Under the pieces are notes generated by a model. That model worked only from the letters and a program-made list of their open reading frames with translations, was not told the DNA's origin and searched no databases. Positions 29,666 through 39,282 of a stretch of DNA of 64,000 nt are shown here, in pieces (within the stretch, counting starts at the first letter, position 1; each line of letters starts with the position of its first letter). Origin of the DNA: Dehalococcoidia bacterium (lineage in GTDB: Bacteria; Chloroflexota; Dehalococcoidia; UBA2979); assembly GCA_965262725.1 (NCBI GenBank), contig OZ253555.1, forward strand, positions 2,816,001 to 2,880,000. Reading direction: 5' to 3'. Position numbers and translations under genes: made by a program.

Positions 29666-30484
29666 ATGGCGCAAATCCGGAGGCGCAGTCTCGGCCGAAC
29701 CGGGCTGCTCGTCGGCGAGGTTGGCCTGGGAGCGATGGACACGCCGACCGCTGCCGACGGGGTCGAGACGCTGGCCACCGCGCTCGACCTCGGCATCGAC
29801 TTTGTCGACACGGCACGCGAGTACGCGGGCAGCGAGTTCCTGATCGGTCAGATCGTCCGCGCGCGAGGAGGCGCCGACTTCCACATCGCGACGAAGACCT
29901 TCAGCCACGGTGTCGATAACAGCCAGCGCGACGTCGACCGCTCGCTCTCGATCCTCGGCGTTCCGCGCGTGAGCCTCTACCAGCTCCACGACATCTCGAC
30001 GCCGCAGGCCTGGGACGAGGTGATGGCGGAGGAGGGAGCCCTCGGCGGACTGAAGGTCGCCCAGTTCCGCGGTCTCATCGACCACATCGGCATCTCCTCG
30101 CACAGCACCGATGTCCTGCGGAACGCCATCGACAGCGGCGAGTTCGACACCGTCATGCTCGAGTACTCCGCCTTCCTCCCCGAGACCGCCTCGCTCATCG
30201 ACCGCGCCTACGAGCGCGACGTCGGCGTGATCGTGATGAGGCCGCTCGGGGGCTCGGGCAGAACGAGCGCGATGCGCGGTCTCATCGCCGACGGCTATGC
30301 CGGCCCGCTGACGCCGGCCGCCCTGCTGCGCTACGTGCTCTCCCACCCAGGCGTCTCGGTCGCGATCCCCGGCGCGCGGCACCCCTCGCGCGTACGCGAG
30401 AACGTGGCCACCGCTCACGCAGCCAAGCCGATGGGCGCAGCGGAGCGGCGGGAGGTGGAGCAGGAGGCGGAGCAACTCTACTGA
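29666..30484 (+). CDS. aldo/keto reductase
   Basis: LGRTGL, FVDTAREY, IATK, YQLH, IGISSH, AIPG. Confidence 0.92.
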   Translation: MAQIRRRSLGRTGLLVGEVGLGAMDTPTAADGVETLATALDLGIDFVDTAREYAGSEFLIGQIVRARGGADFHIATKTFSHGVDNSQRDVDRSLSILGVPRVSLYQLHDISTPQAWDEVMAEEGALGGLKVAQFRGLIDHIGISSHSTDVLRNAIDSGEFDTVMLEYSAFLPETASLIDRAYERDVGVIVMRPLGGSGRTSAMRGLIADGYAGPLTPAALLRYVLSHPGVSVAIPGARHPSRVRENVATAHAAKPMGAAERREVEQEAEQLY

Positions 30485-30560
30485 TGTCGGGAGGGTGTCG
30501 GCCCTTCGGCCGCTGAACGCCCCACCCGACCCGAAGGCCACGGCCGGCGCCGTCGACCCG

Positions 30561-30929
30561 TCAGCTGCGTCTCGCCTCCTCGGCGAGCCGGTTCACATCC
30601 GCGGCGAGCTCGTCCGGCCGGCGGCTGTTCAGGTAGTGGCGCCGCCCCTGACGCGTATCGACGACGACGCCGGTGCGGAGGAACGGCACCGAGCAGGCGC
30701 GACCCGCTCGCCCCCCGTCGCCGCCCCAGCGCAGGACCCAGCCGCCGTACGAGCGCCAGCGGTACCGCGCGACGCGCGCGCTCTCGATCTCCTGGCCGGG
30801 GATGGTGAGACCGCAGGGCCCGAACCGCGCGCGCAGCGTCTCCCGGCCGACCTCGATGCGGAGCACGCGGAAGACGCGCAGCACGGCGGCGGTCGAGCCC
30901 CCGGCGAGGAGCAGCGCCACGCCCGCCAA
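30561..30929 (-). CDS. small membrane-associated hypothetical protein (PH-like), possibly 5'-truncated
   Basis: YGGWVLRW, YLNSRRPDELA; only a TTG start with an in-frame stop upstream. Confidence 0.5.
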   Translation of the reverse strand: MAGVALLLAGGSTAAVLRVFRVLRIEVGRETLRARFGPCGLTIPGQEIESARVARYRWRSYGGWVLRWGGDGGRAGRACSVPFLRTGVVVDTRQGRRHYLNSRRPDELAADVNRLAEEARRS

Positions 30930-31041
30930 GACCTGATCGGCGGCGACGGCCAGCCAGCACCGGAGCGCCCGGAGCGAGTCGCCCGGGGCCGACCGGGTCC
31001 TGGCGCGCCTCCGCGAGCCTCATCGGGGTACGCTTCGCCCC

Positions 31042-31818
31042 ATGCGAGAGCTGCTGACGCCGGCCGGAGCGCGGCTCCGTTACCGGGATGAGGGAGCGGG
31101 CGACGATGCCCTGCTTCTGGTCCACGGCTGGTGCTCCAGCGGGAGGGCGTGGGAGCGGACCGCGCGCGCCTTCGCCCGGCGCGGGAGAGTGCTGCGCGTC
31201 GACCTGCGCGGCCACGGCGCGTCGGAGGCGCCGGAACGCGGCGGCTTCCTCTGGAGCGATTTCGCGGACGACCTCGAGGCGCTGGTCCGCTCGCTCGGCC
31301 TCGCCCGCCTCGTCGCCGTCGGACACTCGATGGGGAGTCCGATCTCGCTCGAGCTCGCCGGGAGGCTGCCGCGCATCGTGACCGGGGTCGTCGCGGTCGA
31401 CGGCCTCTCCGGCCTCGGTCTTTCGGAAGAGCGAGCCGCGACGCATCCCTGGGTCGTGGCGCTCACGCCGACCAGCACCGCGGAGACGAGGCGGCGCCTC
31501 GTCGAGACCTTTCTTCCAGCCGATCCCCGGGGCCGGCAGATCGTAGCCGGCGACGCGGCGCGCGCCGATCCCGGGGCCGCCCTCGCCGCGTACCGCGACT
31601 CCGTGGTCACCGGAACGCCGCGCGAGGCGTGGCGGCAGCAGAAGCACCCATTCCTGTACGTCGCCGCCAGCCGCAGCCGCCGCACGGCGGTGGATGTGCG
31701 GGCCGTGATCCCCCACGCGCAGTTCGGGCAGGTCGTGAACTCCGGCCACTACGCCCAGCTCGACGCCGCGGCGCAGCTTCACGCGATGTTGGATCGCTTC
31801 CTCGCGCACATCCCGTAG
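31042..31818 (+). CDS. alpha/beta hydrolase (Ser type)
   Basis: LVHGW, DLRGHGAS, GHSMG, SGHY. Confidence 0.92.
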   Translation: MRELLTPAGARLRYRDEGAGDDALLLVHGWCSSGRAWERTARAFARRGRVLRVDLRGHGASEAPERGGFLWSDFADDLEALVRSLGLARLVAVGHSMGSPISLELAGRLPRIVTGVVAVDGLSGLGLSEERAATHPWVVALTPTSTAETRRRLVETFLPADPRGRQIVAGDAARADPGAALAAYRDSVVTGTPREAWRQQKHPFLYVAASRSRRTAVDVRAVIPHAQFGQVVNSGHYAQLDAAAQLHAMLDRFLAHIP

Positions 31819-31887
31819 CAGCGATCCGCACCATCGGGCCCGCCGACCCGTCGGCGAGCTGTGACGGCCGGGCGTGGCGCCGCGTCG

Positions 31888-32730
31888 TCAGCTCCCGCGC
31901 GCGATCACCTCGACGTAGAGCCCGTGCAGCGCGCGGGGGTGGATCCAGTAGGTGCCACCACCGCCTCCCGCGATACCTGCGCCGGCCGCTGCAGCGGCTT
32001 CCGCGCCGGCGGCGAGATCCGGCACGCCGAAGACGACGACGTGCACGCCCTCGCCCTCGGGGTGCTCGCGCCCGGCGCGGCGGTCCATCCGCGGCACGAG
32101 CGCCGACGCGGGCGTCGCCGGGGTGAGCAGCGTGAACATGCGGCGTCCGCCCCTCCCCACGCGCTGCCACTCGAGGTCCCCGAACGGCTGGCGATGCAAC
32201 TCACTCACCGTCTCCGTGCCAAGCAGGCGGTGGAACGTCGCGATCGCGCGGTCGCGATCGCGCACCGCGAGTCCGATGTGCGAGAGGGCGTACGGGGCGT
32301 CGGGCGGCACCAGCGGCGGATCATCGACCTCAGGCGCGATCTCAAAGCGCACGCCGTGCGCCCCGCGCAGGTCGGGGCGCAGCCCGCCTCCTGAGCGTTC
32401 CTCGAGAGAGACGCCGGAGGAGCGCAGCACGGCCGCCACCTCGGAGAACTCCGGCGTGCGCCACACCGAGAGGTAGTAGCCCTCGCCCTTCCTGTTGCGC
32501 TCGTCGGCGCGGCGCTCCATCACTGCGGAGAGCGGTCCCTCGACGGTCGGCTGGAGGAGCCGCACCGAGCCCTCGCCCGCGGCGCCGAGCTCGAGCCACC
32601 GCGCACCCTCCTCTTCGTCGACTCCGGAGTCGCCGACGTCGAGCCGGAAGACGCGCCGATACGCCTCGACCGCGATGTCGAGATCGGCGACCGCCACCTG
32701 CAACTGCGCGTAACGGAGCGGCTGCACCAT
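31888..32730 (-). CDS. tandem VOC/glyoxalase protein
   Basis: VAVADLD...NRKGEGYYLSVW and LSHIGLAV...HPEGEGVH...HGLYVE. Confidence 0.85.
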   Translation of the reverse strand: MVQPLRYAQLQVAVADLDIAVEAYRRVFRLDVGDSGVDEEEGARWLELGAAGEGSVRLLQPTVEGPLSAVMERRADERNRKGEGYYLSVWRTPEFSEVAAVLRSSGVSLEERSGGGLRPDLRGAHGVRFEIAPEVDDPPLVPPDAPYALSHIGLAVRDRDRAIATFHRLLGTETVSELHRQPFGDLEWQRVGRGGRRMFTLLTPATPASALVPRMDRRAGREHPEGEGVHVVVFGVPDLAAGAEAAAAAGAGIAGGGGGTYWIHPRALHGLYVEVIARGS

Positions 32731-32759
32731 GACCGGACCTCCCGTCTTCTCGCGCCCCC

Positions 32760-34184
32760 CTACGGCGCACCCGCTATCGGCGGCCAGCGATCGCGCCAGG
32801 GGGCGACTACCTCGAAGGCGGCCGAGGCGCGGAGCACGCTCGCGTCGTCCCGCCAGCGGCCGACCAGCTGCAGGCCGACCGGGAGTCCGTCGATCTCCCC
32901 GCAGGGGACCGTGGCGGCGGGCTGCCCGGTCAGGTTGAAGGGATAGGTGAAGGCCGTCCACTCCAGGAAGCGGCGAGGGCGCCCGGCAACCGTCCCGGGT
33001 CCGTCGTCACCAGCCGCGAAGGCCGTGACCGGGAGCGTCGGCGTGAGGAGGAGGTCGTAGCGATCGAAGAACCGGCGCACGATCTCGGCGTAGGCGTTCT
33101 GCTCCAGGATCGCGCGCCCGTAGTCGGCGCCGCTGTAGCGTGCGGCGTCGCGCACGACTTCGGCCAGACCGGGGTCGAGCCGATCCCCGATCTCGTCGAG
33201 GCGAGCGCCGAAGAGCCCCGCCATCCGGCACGACCAGATCACATCGAGCACCGGGTAGGGGTCCCCGGCGTCGGGGTGGGCCTCCTCGACCCGCGCGCCG
33301 AGCTCGGTGAGCCGCAACGCCGCGGCCTCCGCGACGTCGGCGACGGCCGTCTCCACGGCCGCGAATCCGAGGTCACGCGACCACGCGACGCGGAGGCCGG
33401 CGAACGCGTCACCCCGCTCGCCGGCGGCGCGCCCCTCCTCGGTCGAGGCGAGGTGGCCGCCCACCGAGGGGAGCGACCCGCGATCGCGCGCGTCGCTGCC
33501 CTCCATCACGTCGATCATCAGCGCTGCGTCGGCCACCGTGCGCGCGATGGGCCCGGCGTGCGACAACGTGGAGCCAGCGGGCCACTGCGGGACGCGGCCG
33601 TAGGAGGGCTTGATCCCGTAGATGCCGCAGAACGCGGCGGGGATGCGGATCGAGCCGGCGCCGTCGGAGCCCTGCGCGATCGGGCCGATACCCGACGCGA
33701 CGGCAGCCGCGGCTCCCCCGCTCGATCCGCCGGCCGTGCGGCCCTCCCGCCACGGGTTCTGCGTGCTGCCGTACAGACGGTTGCTGGTGTCGCCCTTCCA
33801 GCCGTACTCGGACGTGTTGCTCTTCCCCAGCATCACCGCGCCCGCCCGGTAGAGGCGCTCCACGAGAGGCGCGTCCTCCGCCGGCACCTCGTCGTCGTGC
33901 AGCAGCGACCCGCGCGTCGTCCGAATGCCCGCTGTGGCCGTGAGGTCCTTGATCGAGACCGGGATGCCGGCGACGGGGCCGGCCGAGCCGTCGGCGTAGG
34001 CGCGCTCGGCGGCCGCCGCCTGCGAGAGCGCGAGGTCGGGCGTCGGCGTGACGAAGGCGCGCAGGCGCGGCTCGAGCGTCGCCAGCCGGTCGAGGACGAC
34101 ACGCGCCACCTCGACGGGGGAGAGCTCGCGGCGCGCGTAGAGCGCGCGCAGCTCGACGGCGGAGAGGGTCCACAGCTCGCTCAC
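32760..34184 (-). CDS. amidase signature family protein
   Basis: SIKD, AGGSSGGAAA, GSDGAGSIRIPA, PFNLTGQPA. Confidence 0.93.
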   Translation of the reverse strand: MSELWTLSAVELRALYARRELSPVEVARVVLDRLATLEPRLRAFVTPTPDLALSQAAAAERAYADGSAGPVAGIPVSIKDLTATAGIRTTRGSLLHDDEVPAEDAPLVERLYRAGAVMLGKSNTSEYGWKGDTSNRLYGSTQNPWREGRTAGGSSGGAAAAVASGIGPIAQGSDGAGSIRIPAAFCGIYGIKPSYGRVPQWPAGSTLSHAGPIARTVADAALMIDVMEGSDARDRGSLPSVGGHLASTEEGRAAGERGDAFAGLRVAWSRDLGFAAVETAVADVAEAAALRLTELGARVEEAHPDAGDPYPVLDVIWSCRMAGLFGARLDEIGDRLDPGLAEVVRDAARYSGADYGRAILEQNAYAEIVRRFFDRYDLLLTPTLPVTAFAAGDDGPGTVAGRPRRFLEWTAFTYPFNLTGQPAATVPCGEIDGLPVGLQLVGRWRDDASVLRASAAFEVVAPWRDRWPPIAGAP

Positions 34185-34424
34185 GCCCGCACGCTAGCGG
34201 ATCGCCGCCGAGGCTCGCCACCGCGGCAGCGCCCTCCCCGACGCCATCGCGGCGGCCCCGCTCGCCGCAACGCACCTTGGCCGCTGCGCGCGAAGGCGCT
34301 CGCTGGAATTCGCGCGATTATCGAGTACCTTCGCCCAGTTTTTGCAAGGTTTACACGGTTGCCGCTGCCCTGGCGCGGCCCAACGATGGACGCCGCCCGC
34401 AGGCAATGGTGCGAAGGAGCCGCC

Positions 34425-35372
34425 GTGAAGCGATGGGTACGCGTGCTCGGGCTGGTCGGAGTGCTCGCGCTCCTGGTGGCCGCACCGTCGGCTGCGTGCG
34501 GCGGCGAGGACGAGGGTGGGCCAGCGCCCGACGGCGGTGACTCCGCCTACCCGGTCACCGTGACCGACCTCCTCGGCCGCCGCGTGACGATCGACTCGAA
34601 GCCCGAGCGGATCGTCACGACGAGCCCCTCCGCCATCGAGCTGCTCGCGGACGTCGGCGGCGCGGCCGTCGCGCGCTCGACCACGGCGACCGCGGTGCCG
34701 GGCTCCGCTGAGCTGGCGGACATCGGGCCCTCCTACGCGCCCTCCTTCGAGCAAATCGTGGCGCTGGGGCCCGACCTCGTGGTCGCGGATGCCTCCGCGC
34801 AGGCACACCTCGCCGCTGCCTTCGAGGAGACGCTCTCGGGCACGCCGACGCTCTTCGTAGGCGCGCGCGCCTACGATGATCTCGCTGCGTCGGCGCGCAT
34901 CCTGGGGGAGGCGATCGGGAGCCCTGACCGGGGCGAGGCGTCGGCGTCAGCGTTCGAGGCGGTCGTCGAGGAGGTCGGCGGCGGGAGCGGCGACGCGCCG
35001 AGGGTCCTCGTCATGGTGGCGGGCCGCGACGGCACGCTCTCCGCGGCGCTGGACGGATCCTTCATTGGCGATCTGGTCACCCTGCTCGGGGGCGAGAATG
35101 TCGCTGCCTCGCTCCCTCAGTCCGGCCCGGTCCCCGGCTACGCCCTGCTCTCGCCCGAGTCCATCGTGAGCTTCGACCCCGAGGTGCTGCTGGTCATCAC
35201 GCCCGGGGGCGGTCCCTCGATCGCCGAGCTGCTGAGCAGGCAGCTGCCGGAGCTCTTAGCGGTGAGATCCGGCCGCGTCCACGAGGTCGACCTCGAGGTC
35301 TACCTCCAGGCGCCCGGCCCGCGAGCGCGCGAGGGTCTCCGCGCACTCGCCTCGCTCCTGAATCCCGGCTAG
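34425..35372 (+). CDS. ABC transporter substrate-binding lipoprotein (BtuF/FepB type)
   Basis: Lipobox-like SAAC, YPVTVTD, PERIV, EQIVALGPDLV, APGPR. Confidence 0.9.
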   Translation: MKRWVRVLGLVGVLALLVAAPSAACGGEDEGGPAPDGGDSAYPVTVTDLLGRRVTIDSKPERIVTTSPSAIELLADVGGAAVARSTTATAVPGSAELADIGPSYAPSFEQIVALGPDLVVADASAQAHLAAAFEETLSGTPTLFVGARAYDDLAASARILGEAIGSPDRGEASASAFEAVVEEVGGGSGDAPRVLVMVAGRDGTLSAALDGSFIGDLVTLLGGENVAASLPQSGPVPGYALLSPESIVSFDPEVLLVITPGGGPSIAELLSRQLPELLAVRSGRVHEVDLEVYLQAPGPRAREGLRALASLLNPG

Positions 35373-35390
35373 CGGGCCGCCGGCTCCCCA

Positions 35391-36386
35391 GTGCTGGTCG
35401 CGGGACGCCACCGCATACGGCCGGTCCCGGCTCTCGCGGGAGCCTCGGTCGCGCTGCTCGTGGCGATGGCGGTCGCCGTCTCGTTCGGCGCGGTGCGGCT
35501 CAGCCTCGGGGAGGTCGTCGACGGACTGCTGGACTCGGGGGACGCGATCACGCGACGGATCGTGTGGCAGCTGCGCGTGCCGCGCGTGCTGGCGGCGGCC
35601 CTGGTCGGCGGGCACCTCGGCATCGCCGGCGCGCTGCTGCAGGGGGTGACGCGCAACCCGCTCGCCGACCCGCATATCCTCGGCTTCTCCTCCGGCGCGG
35701 GCTTCGTCGCCGTGGCGCTGGTCGTCTGGGCGCCCGGCTCGCCCGAGGCGCTCGCGCCGGCCGGCGCCTTCGCCGGGTCGCTGCTGTCGGCGGCCGTCGT
35801 GTACGCACTCGCGTGGCGCGGGGGGATCTCTGCCGTGCGCTTCGCCCTCTCCGGCGTCGCCGTGGCCGCGCTCTTCACGGCGCTCTCCGCGGCCGCGATC
35901 TCCTTCTCCGACCTCTTCACGCAGGCCGCACTCACCTTTCTCGTCGGCGGCCTGATCGGCGCCGGCTGGGACGATCTCCCGCGGATCGCCCCCTACACGG
36001 TGGCAGGCGCGCTGGCGGCGATCGCTCTCGCCCGGGCGCTCAACGTGTTGGCGCTCGGCGACGATGTCGCGCGCGGTCTCGGCATGCGCGTGGAGCGCGT
36101 GCGGCTGGGGGCGATCGCGGCCGCCGCGGCGCTCACGGGCTCGGCGGTCGCCGTGAGCGGCATCCTCGCCTTCGTCGGCCTCGTCGCGCCCCACGCGGGG
36201 CGGCTCCTGGTCGGGGGCGATCACCGTCTTGTGCTGCCGCTCTCCGGGCTCCTCGGCGCGACGCTCTTCGTGCTCGCCGACACCGCTGCGCGGACAGCCT
36301 GGGCGCCGACTGAGATTCCCGCCGGCATCGTCACGGCGATCGTCGGCGCCCCGGTACTCCTGATCCTGATCCGGACGCGCACATGA
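35391..36386 (+). CDS. FecCD/BtuC family ABC permease
   Basis: LRVPRV, QGVTRNPLADP, ARGLG, FVGLVAPH, EIPAG. Confidence 0.93.
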   Translation: MLVAGRHRIRPVPALAGASVALLVAMAVAVSFGAVRLSLGEVVDGLLDSGDAITRRIVWQLRVPRVLAAALVGGHLGIAGALLQGVTRNPLADPHILGFSSGAGFVAVALVVWAPGSPEALAPAGAFAGSLLSAAVVYALAWRGGISAVRFALSGVAVAALFTALSAAAISFSDLFTQAALTFLVGGLIGAGWDDLPRIAPYTVAGALAAIALARALNVLALGDDVARGLGMRVERVRLGAIAAAAALTGSAVAVSGILAFVGLVAPHAGRLLVGGDHRLVLPLSGLLGATLFVLADTAARTAWAPTEIPAGIVTAIVGAPVLLILIRTRT

Positions 36387-37231
36387 GTGACCCGCTGCTT
36401 GAGGCGCGGGACGTTCGGTGGTCGCCCCGCGGTCGCGACGTCCTGCGCGGGATCACGTTCGGGGTCGAGGCAGGCGAGGTCGTCGCGCTGATCGGACCCA
36501 CGGGCAGCGGAAAGTCGACACTCCTGCGCATCCTCGGGCGGCTGCTGCGTCCGAGCGCTGGCGAGGTGCGCCTCGCGGGGCGCGAGGCGTGGAGCCTTCC
36601 GCCGGGGGAGGTCGCACGCCGCGTCGCCTTCCTCCCTCAGTCGCCGGCGGCCTCGCCCGACCTCTCGGTGGAGGAACTCGCGTGGCACGGCCGCTACCCG
36701 CACCACGGGGGCCTCGCGCGGACGTTCGGGGGCGCCCGGCCGGCCGACCGCGCCGCGGTCGAGGCGGCCCTCACGCAGGCGGGTGTCGCGGAGCTCCGCG
36801 CGACCCGCCTCGGTGAGCTCTCGGGCGGCGAACAGCGGCGCGCCTGGATCGCGCTCGTGCTCGCGCAGGAGGCGGAGCTGCTGCTGCTCGACGAGCCGAC
36901 GACTTTTCTCGACATCGGCCACCAGCTGGAGCTGCTTACGCTCCTCCGGAGGCTCAACGAGGAGCGCGGCACGACCACGGTGATGGCGCTCCACGACCTG
37001 ACGTACGCCGGCTCGCACGCGACGCGCGTCGTGGCGCTGAGCAGCGGGACGATCGCCGCCGACGGGCCGCCGGGGCGTGTCCTGACCTCGGAGCAGCTCT
37101 CGGCGCTCTACGGCGTCGGTGTAACCGTGCTTCGTGGCCCCGCCGGAACGGCGAGCGTTCCTATCGTGGTTCCGGCGCCTGAGGCTCGGCGCTCGGGCAC
37201 TGGGTCGGGGACGCCTGGGCCTCGCGGATGA
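36383..37231 (+). CDS. ABC transporter ATP-binding protein (BtuD/FepC type)
   Basis: GPTGSGKST, LSGGE, LLLDEPT, LHDL. Confidence 0.94.
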   Translation: MSDPLLEARDVRWSPRGRDVLRGITFGVEAGEVVALIGPTGSGKSTLLRILGRLLRPSAGEVRLAGREAWSLPPGEVARRVAFLPQSPAASPDLSVEELAWHGRYPHHGGLARTFGGARPADRAAVEAALTQAGVAELRATRLGELSGGEQRRAWIALVLAQEAELLLLDEPTTFLDIGHQLELLTLLRRLNEERGTTTVMALHDLTYAGSHATRVVALSSGTIAADGPPGRVLTSEQLSALYGVGVTVLRGPAGTASVPIVVPAPEARRSGTGSGTPGPRG

Positions 37232-37595
37232 TTCGCGCCGAGAGCAGCAGCAGGACCACCGCGTGCAGGACAGCGACCAGGAAGAGCTGTGCGGCCAGCG
37301 TGGCGTGCGAGGCGTCCTCATCGAAGCTCGAGAGCAGGATCAGCAGGTAGAAGACGACTGCGAGCGCCAGCACGCGCGCCGCGACGCCACGCCAGCTCGA
37401 TGCCAGCTGCCGCATCGGAATGCGGAAAAGGTAGACGATGAGCACGATCACATGCAGCACGACCAGGGCTGCGACGTAGGTCAGGGCCGGCACTGCGCTG
37501 CGCAGCTCAAGCAGGGGCAGCAGGACGAACGATGCGGCGAAGACCGCGATCGTCTTGCGGATGAAGAGCGTCCTGTCGAGGAGCTCGACGCGCAT
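37161..37595 (-). CDS. hypothetical 4-TM membrane protein
   Basis: Hydrophobic segments; 3' end overlaps the convergent ATPase gene. Confidence 0.7.
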   Translation of the reverse strand: MRVELLDRTLFIRKTIAVFAASFVLLPLLELRSAVPALTYVAALVVLHVIVLIVYLFRIPMRQLASSWRGVAARVLALAVVFYLLILLSSFDEDASHATLAAQLFLVAVLHAVVLLLLSARIIREAQASPTQCPSAEPQAPEPR

Positions 37596-37803
37596 GCCCA
37601 GCATCCCGCCTCCATCACGCCGCGAGCGCCCGGGCAACCATTGTGCAGGGAGTGTCCTTACCCCGCGAGTCGCCCCCCCCCCGGCCGGCTGCGATCGCGC
37701 GGTGCTGGCCGAGCCGGGCGCCGGGGGCCCCGCGGGTGGTATGAAGGCAGGCGACCGGAGCACACGCCACGGGCGGACCGCCCGTTCCGCGGAGGGGGAA
37801 GCG

Positions 37804-38952
37804 ATGCAGCGCAGCACGGAGCGGATCCTGACCACGCACACCGGAAGCCTCCCGCGGCCGGAGGCGCTGCTTCCGCTGATCTTCGCCCGCGAACGGGGCG
37901 AGGAGAGCGACTCTTCTGAGCGCCTCGCCGCCACGCGGCGCGCCGTGAGCGACATCGTCCACAGGCAGCTCGACTCCGGAATTGACGTGGTGAACGACGG
38001 CGAGCAGGGGAAGTCGAGCTACGCGACCTACGTCCAGAACCGGCTCGAGGGCTTCGATGGCGATCCGGTCACGCCCGCCCCCATCACCGACCCCGACTTC
38101 CCCGAGTTCTTCGCGCAGACGGCGTCGATGCGGCCGGGCGCAACCAACCCGCTGCTGCGCCGCCCCTGCAACGGACCGATCCGCTACCGGAACGTCGAGG
38201 AGCTTCGCGCCGAGCTTGACGACTTCCGGGCGGCACTCGAGGGTGTCTCGCCGGCCGACACCTTCCTCTCAGCGGCCTCGCCCGGGATCGCATCGATTTT
38301 CATCCCAAACGAGTACTACGCGACGCACGAGGAGTACCTGGGCGCGCTCGCCGACGCCCTGAAGACCGAGTACGACGCGATCCACGAAGCAGGCTTCCTG
38401 CTGCAGATCGACGCCCCCGACCTCGCACTCAGCCGGCCGCGCTACTTCGGTCACCTCGGCGATGAGGAGTTCCGCTCGACGATCCGGACGCACGTCGAGG
38501 CCATCAACCACGCCACCCGTGACATTCCGCCGGACCGCATGCGGATGCATCTCTGCTGGGGCAACTACGAGGGGCCGCACCACCGCGACGTGCCGCTTGC
38601 GCAGATCGTCGACATCGCCCTCGGGGCCCGACCGGACGGGCTCTCCTTCGAGGCCGCCAACCCGCGCCACGAGCACGAGTGGAAGGTGTGGGAGGGGATC
38701 GAGCTACCCGACGGGAAGGTGCTGATTCCCGGCGTCCTCGATTCGACGACGAACTACATCGAGCACCCCGAGCTCGTCGCCGAGCGGCTCCTCCGCTTCA
38801 CCGCGGCGGTCGGCCGCGAGAACATCATCGCGGGGACGGACTGCGGCTTCTCGACGGGCGCCGGATACCTTCAGGTCCACCCGTCGATCACGTGGGCGAA
38901 GTTCCGCTCGATGGCGGAGGGGGCCGCGATCGCGAGCCTGGAGCTCTGGTAG
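37804..38952 (+). CDS. cobalamin-independent methionine synthase II family (core MetE-like) protein
   Basis: TTHTGSLPRP, VNDGE, LQIDAP; Zn ligands HLCWGN, SFE, TDCGF. Confidence 0.92.
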   Translation: MQRSTERILTTHTGSLPRPEALLPLIFARERGEESDSSERLAATRRAVSDIVHRQLDSGIDVVNDGEQGKSSYATYVQNRLEGFDGDPVTPAPITDPDFPEFFAQTASMRPGATNPLLRRPCNGPIRYRNVEELRAELDDFRAALEGVSPADTFLSAASPGIASIFIPNEYYATHEEYLGALADALKTEYDAIHEAGFLLQIDAPDLALSRPRYFGHLGDEEFRSTIRTHVEAINHATRDIPPDRMRMHLCWGNYEGPHHRDVPLAQIVDIALGARPDGLSFEAANPRHEHEWKVWEGIELPDGKVLIPGVLDSTTNYIEHPELVAERLLRFTAAVGRENIIAGTDCGFSTGAGYLQVHPSITWAKFRSMAEGAAIASLELW

Positions 38953-39069
38953 CGGGCCAGATTCCCCGGACCGTCCGGCCGGCCCCCGCCCGACCCGCCG
39001 ACGACTGAGCGCGCCAACGCGCGCACGCCGGCCCCGGTATGCGCACGCGGGGAACACCTGTAGGATCGT

Positions 39070-39201
39070 GCCGGACATCGAGTCGGGGAAGCCGGCGTGA
39101 ATCCGGCGCTGTCCCGCAACTGTGACCCGTGCCCCTCCCGGCGAGGCGTGCGGGGAGCCAGAGTACCGGCCGGTGTCGACTGTCAAGCCTGCGAGGACAG
39201 G
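39070..39201 (+). ncRNA. cobalamin riboswitch (compact, class II-like)
   Basis: ggggaa-gccgg-cgtgaat-ccggc-gctgtcccgcaactgtga...gagccaga; gacatcg/cggtgtc stem; ctgtcc (39109-39114) complementary to ggacag (39195-39200); TAGGAT -10 at 39061; upstream of btuF. Confidence 0.92.
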
Positions 39202-39208
39202 TGATGGC

Positions 39209-39271
39209 ATGCCCGGCGCCCGGCGCCCGGCTTGGCCCTCCTACTCCCGCAAGTGCCGCGAGGTGAGGTAG
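39209..39271 (+). other. candidate 20-codon leader ORF (MPGARRPAWPSYSRKCREVR)
   Basis: SD-like GAGGACAGGTGA precedes it; its stop lies inside the hairpin covering the btuF RBS. Confidence 0.4.
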
Positions 39272-39282
39272 GGGGGACGTCC

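Noticed and set aside
32760-34184. Second gatA
   Set aside because: Amidase signature only; lacks GatA-specific ARYDG and EVKRRI blocks
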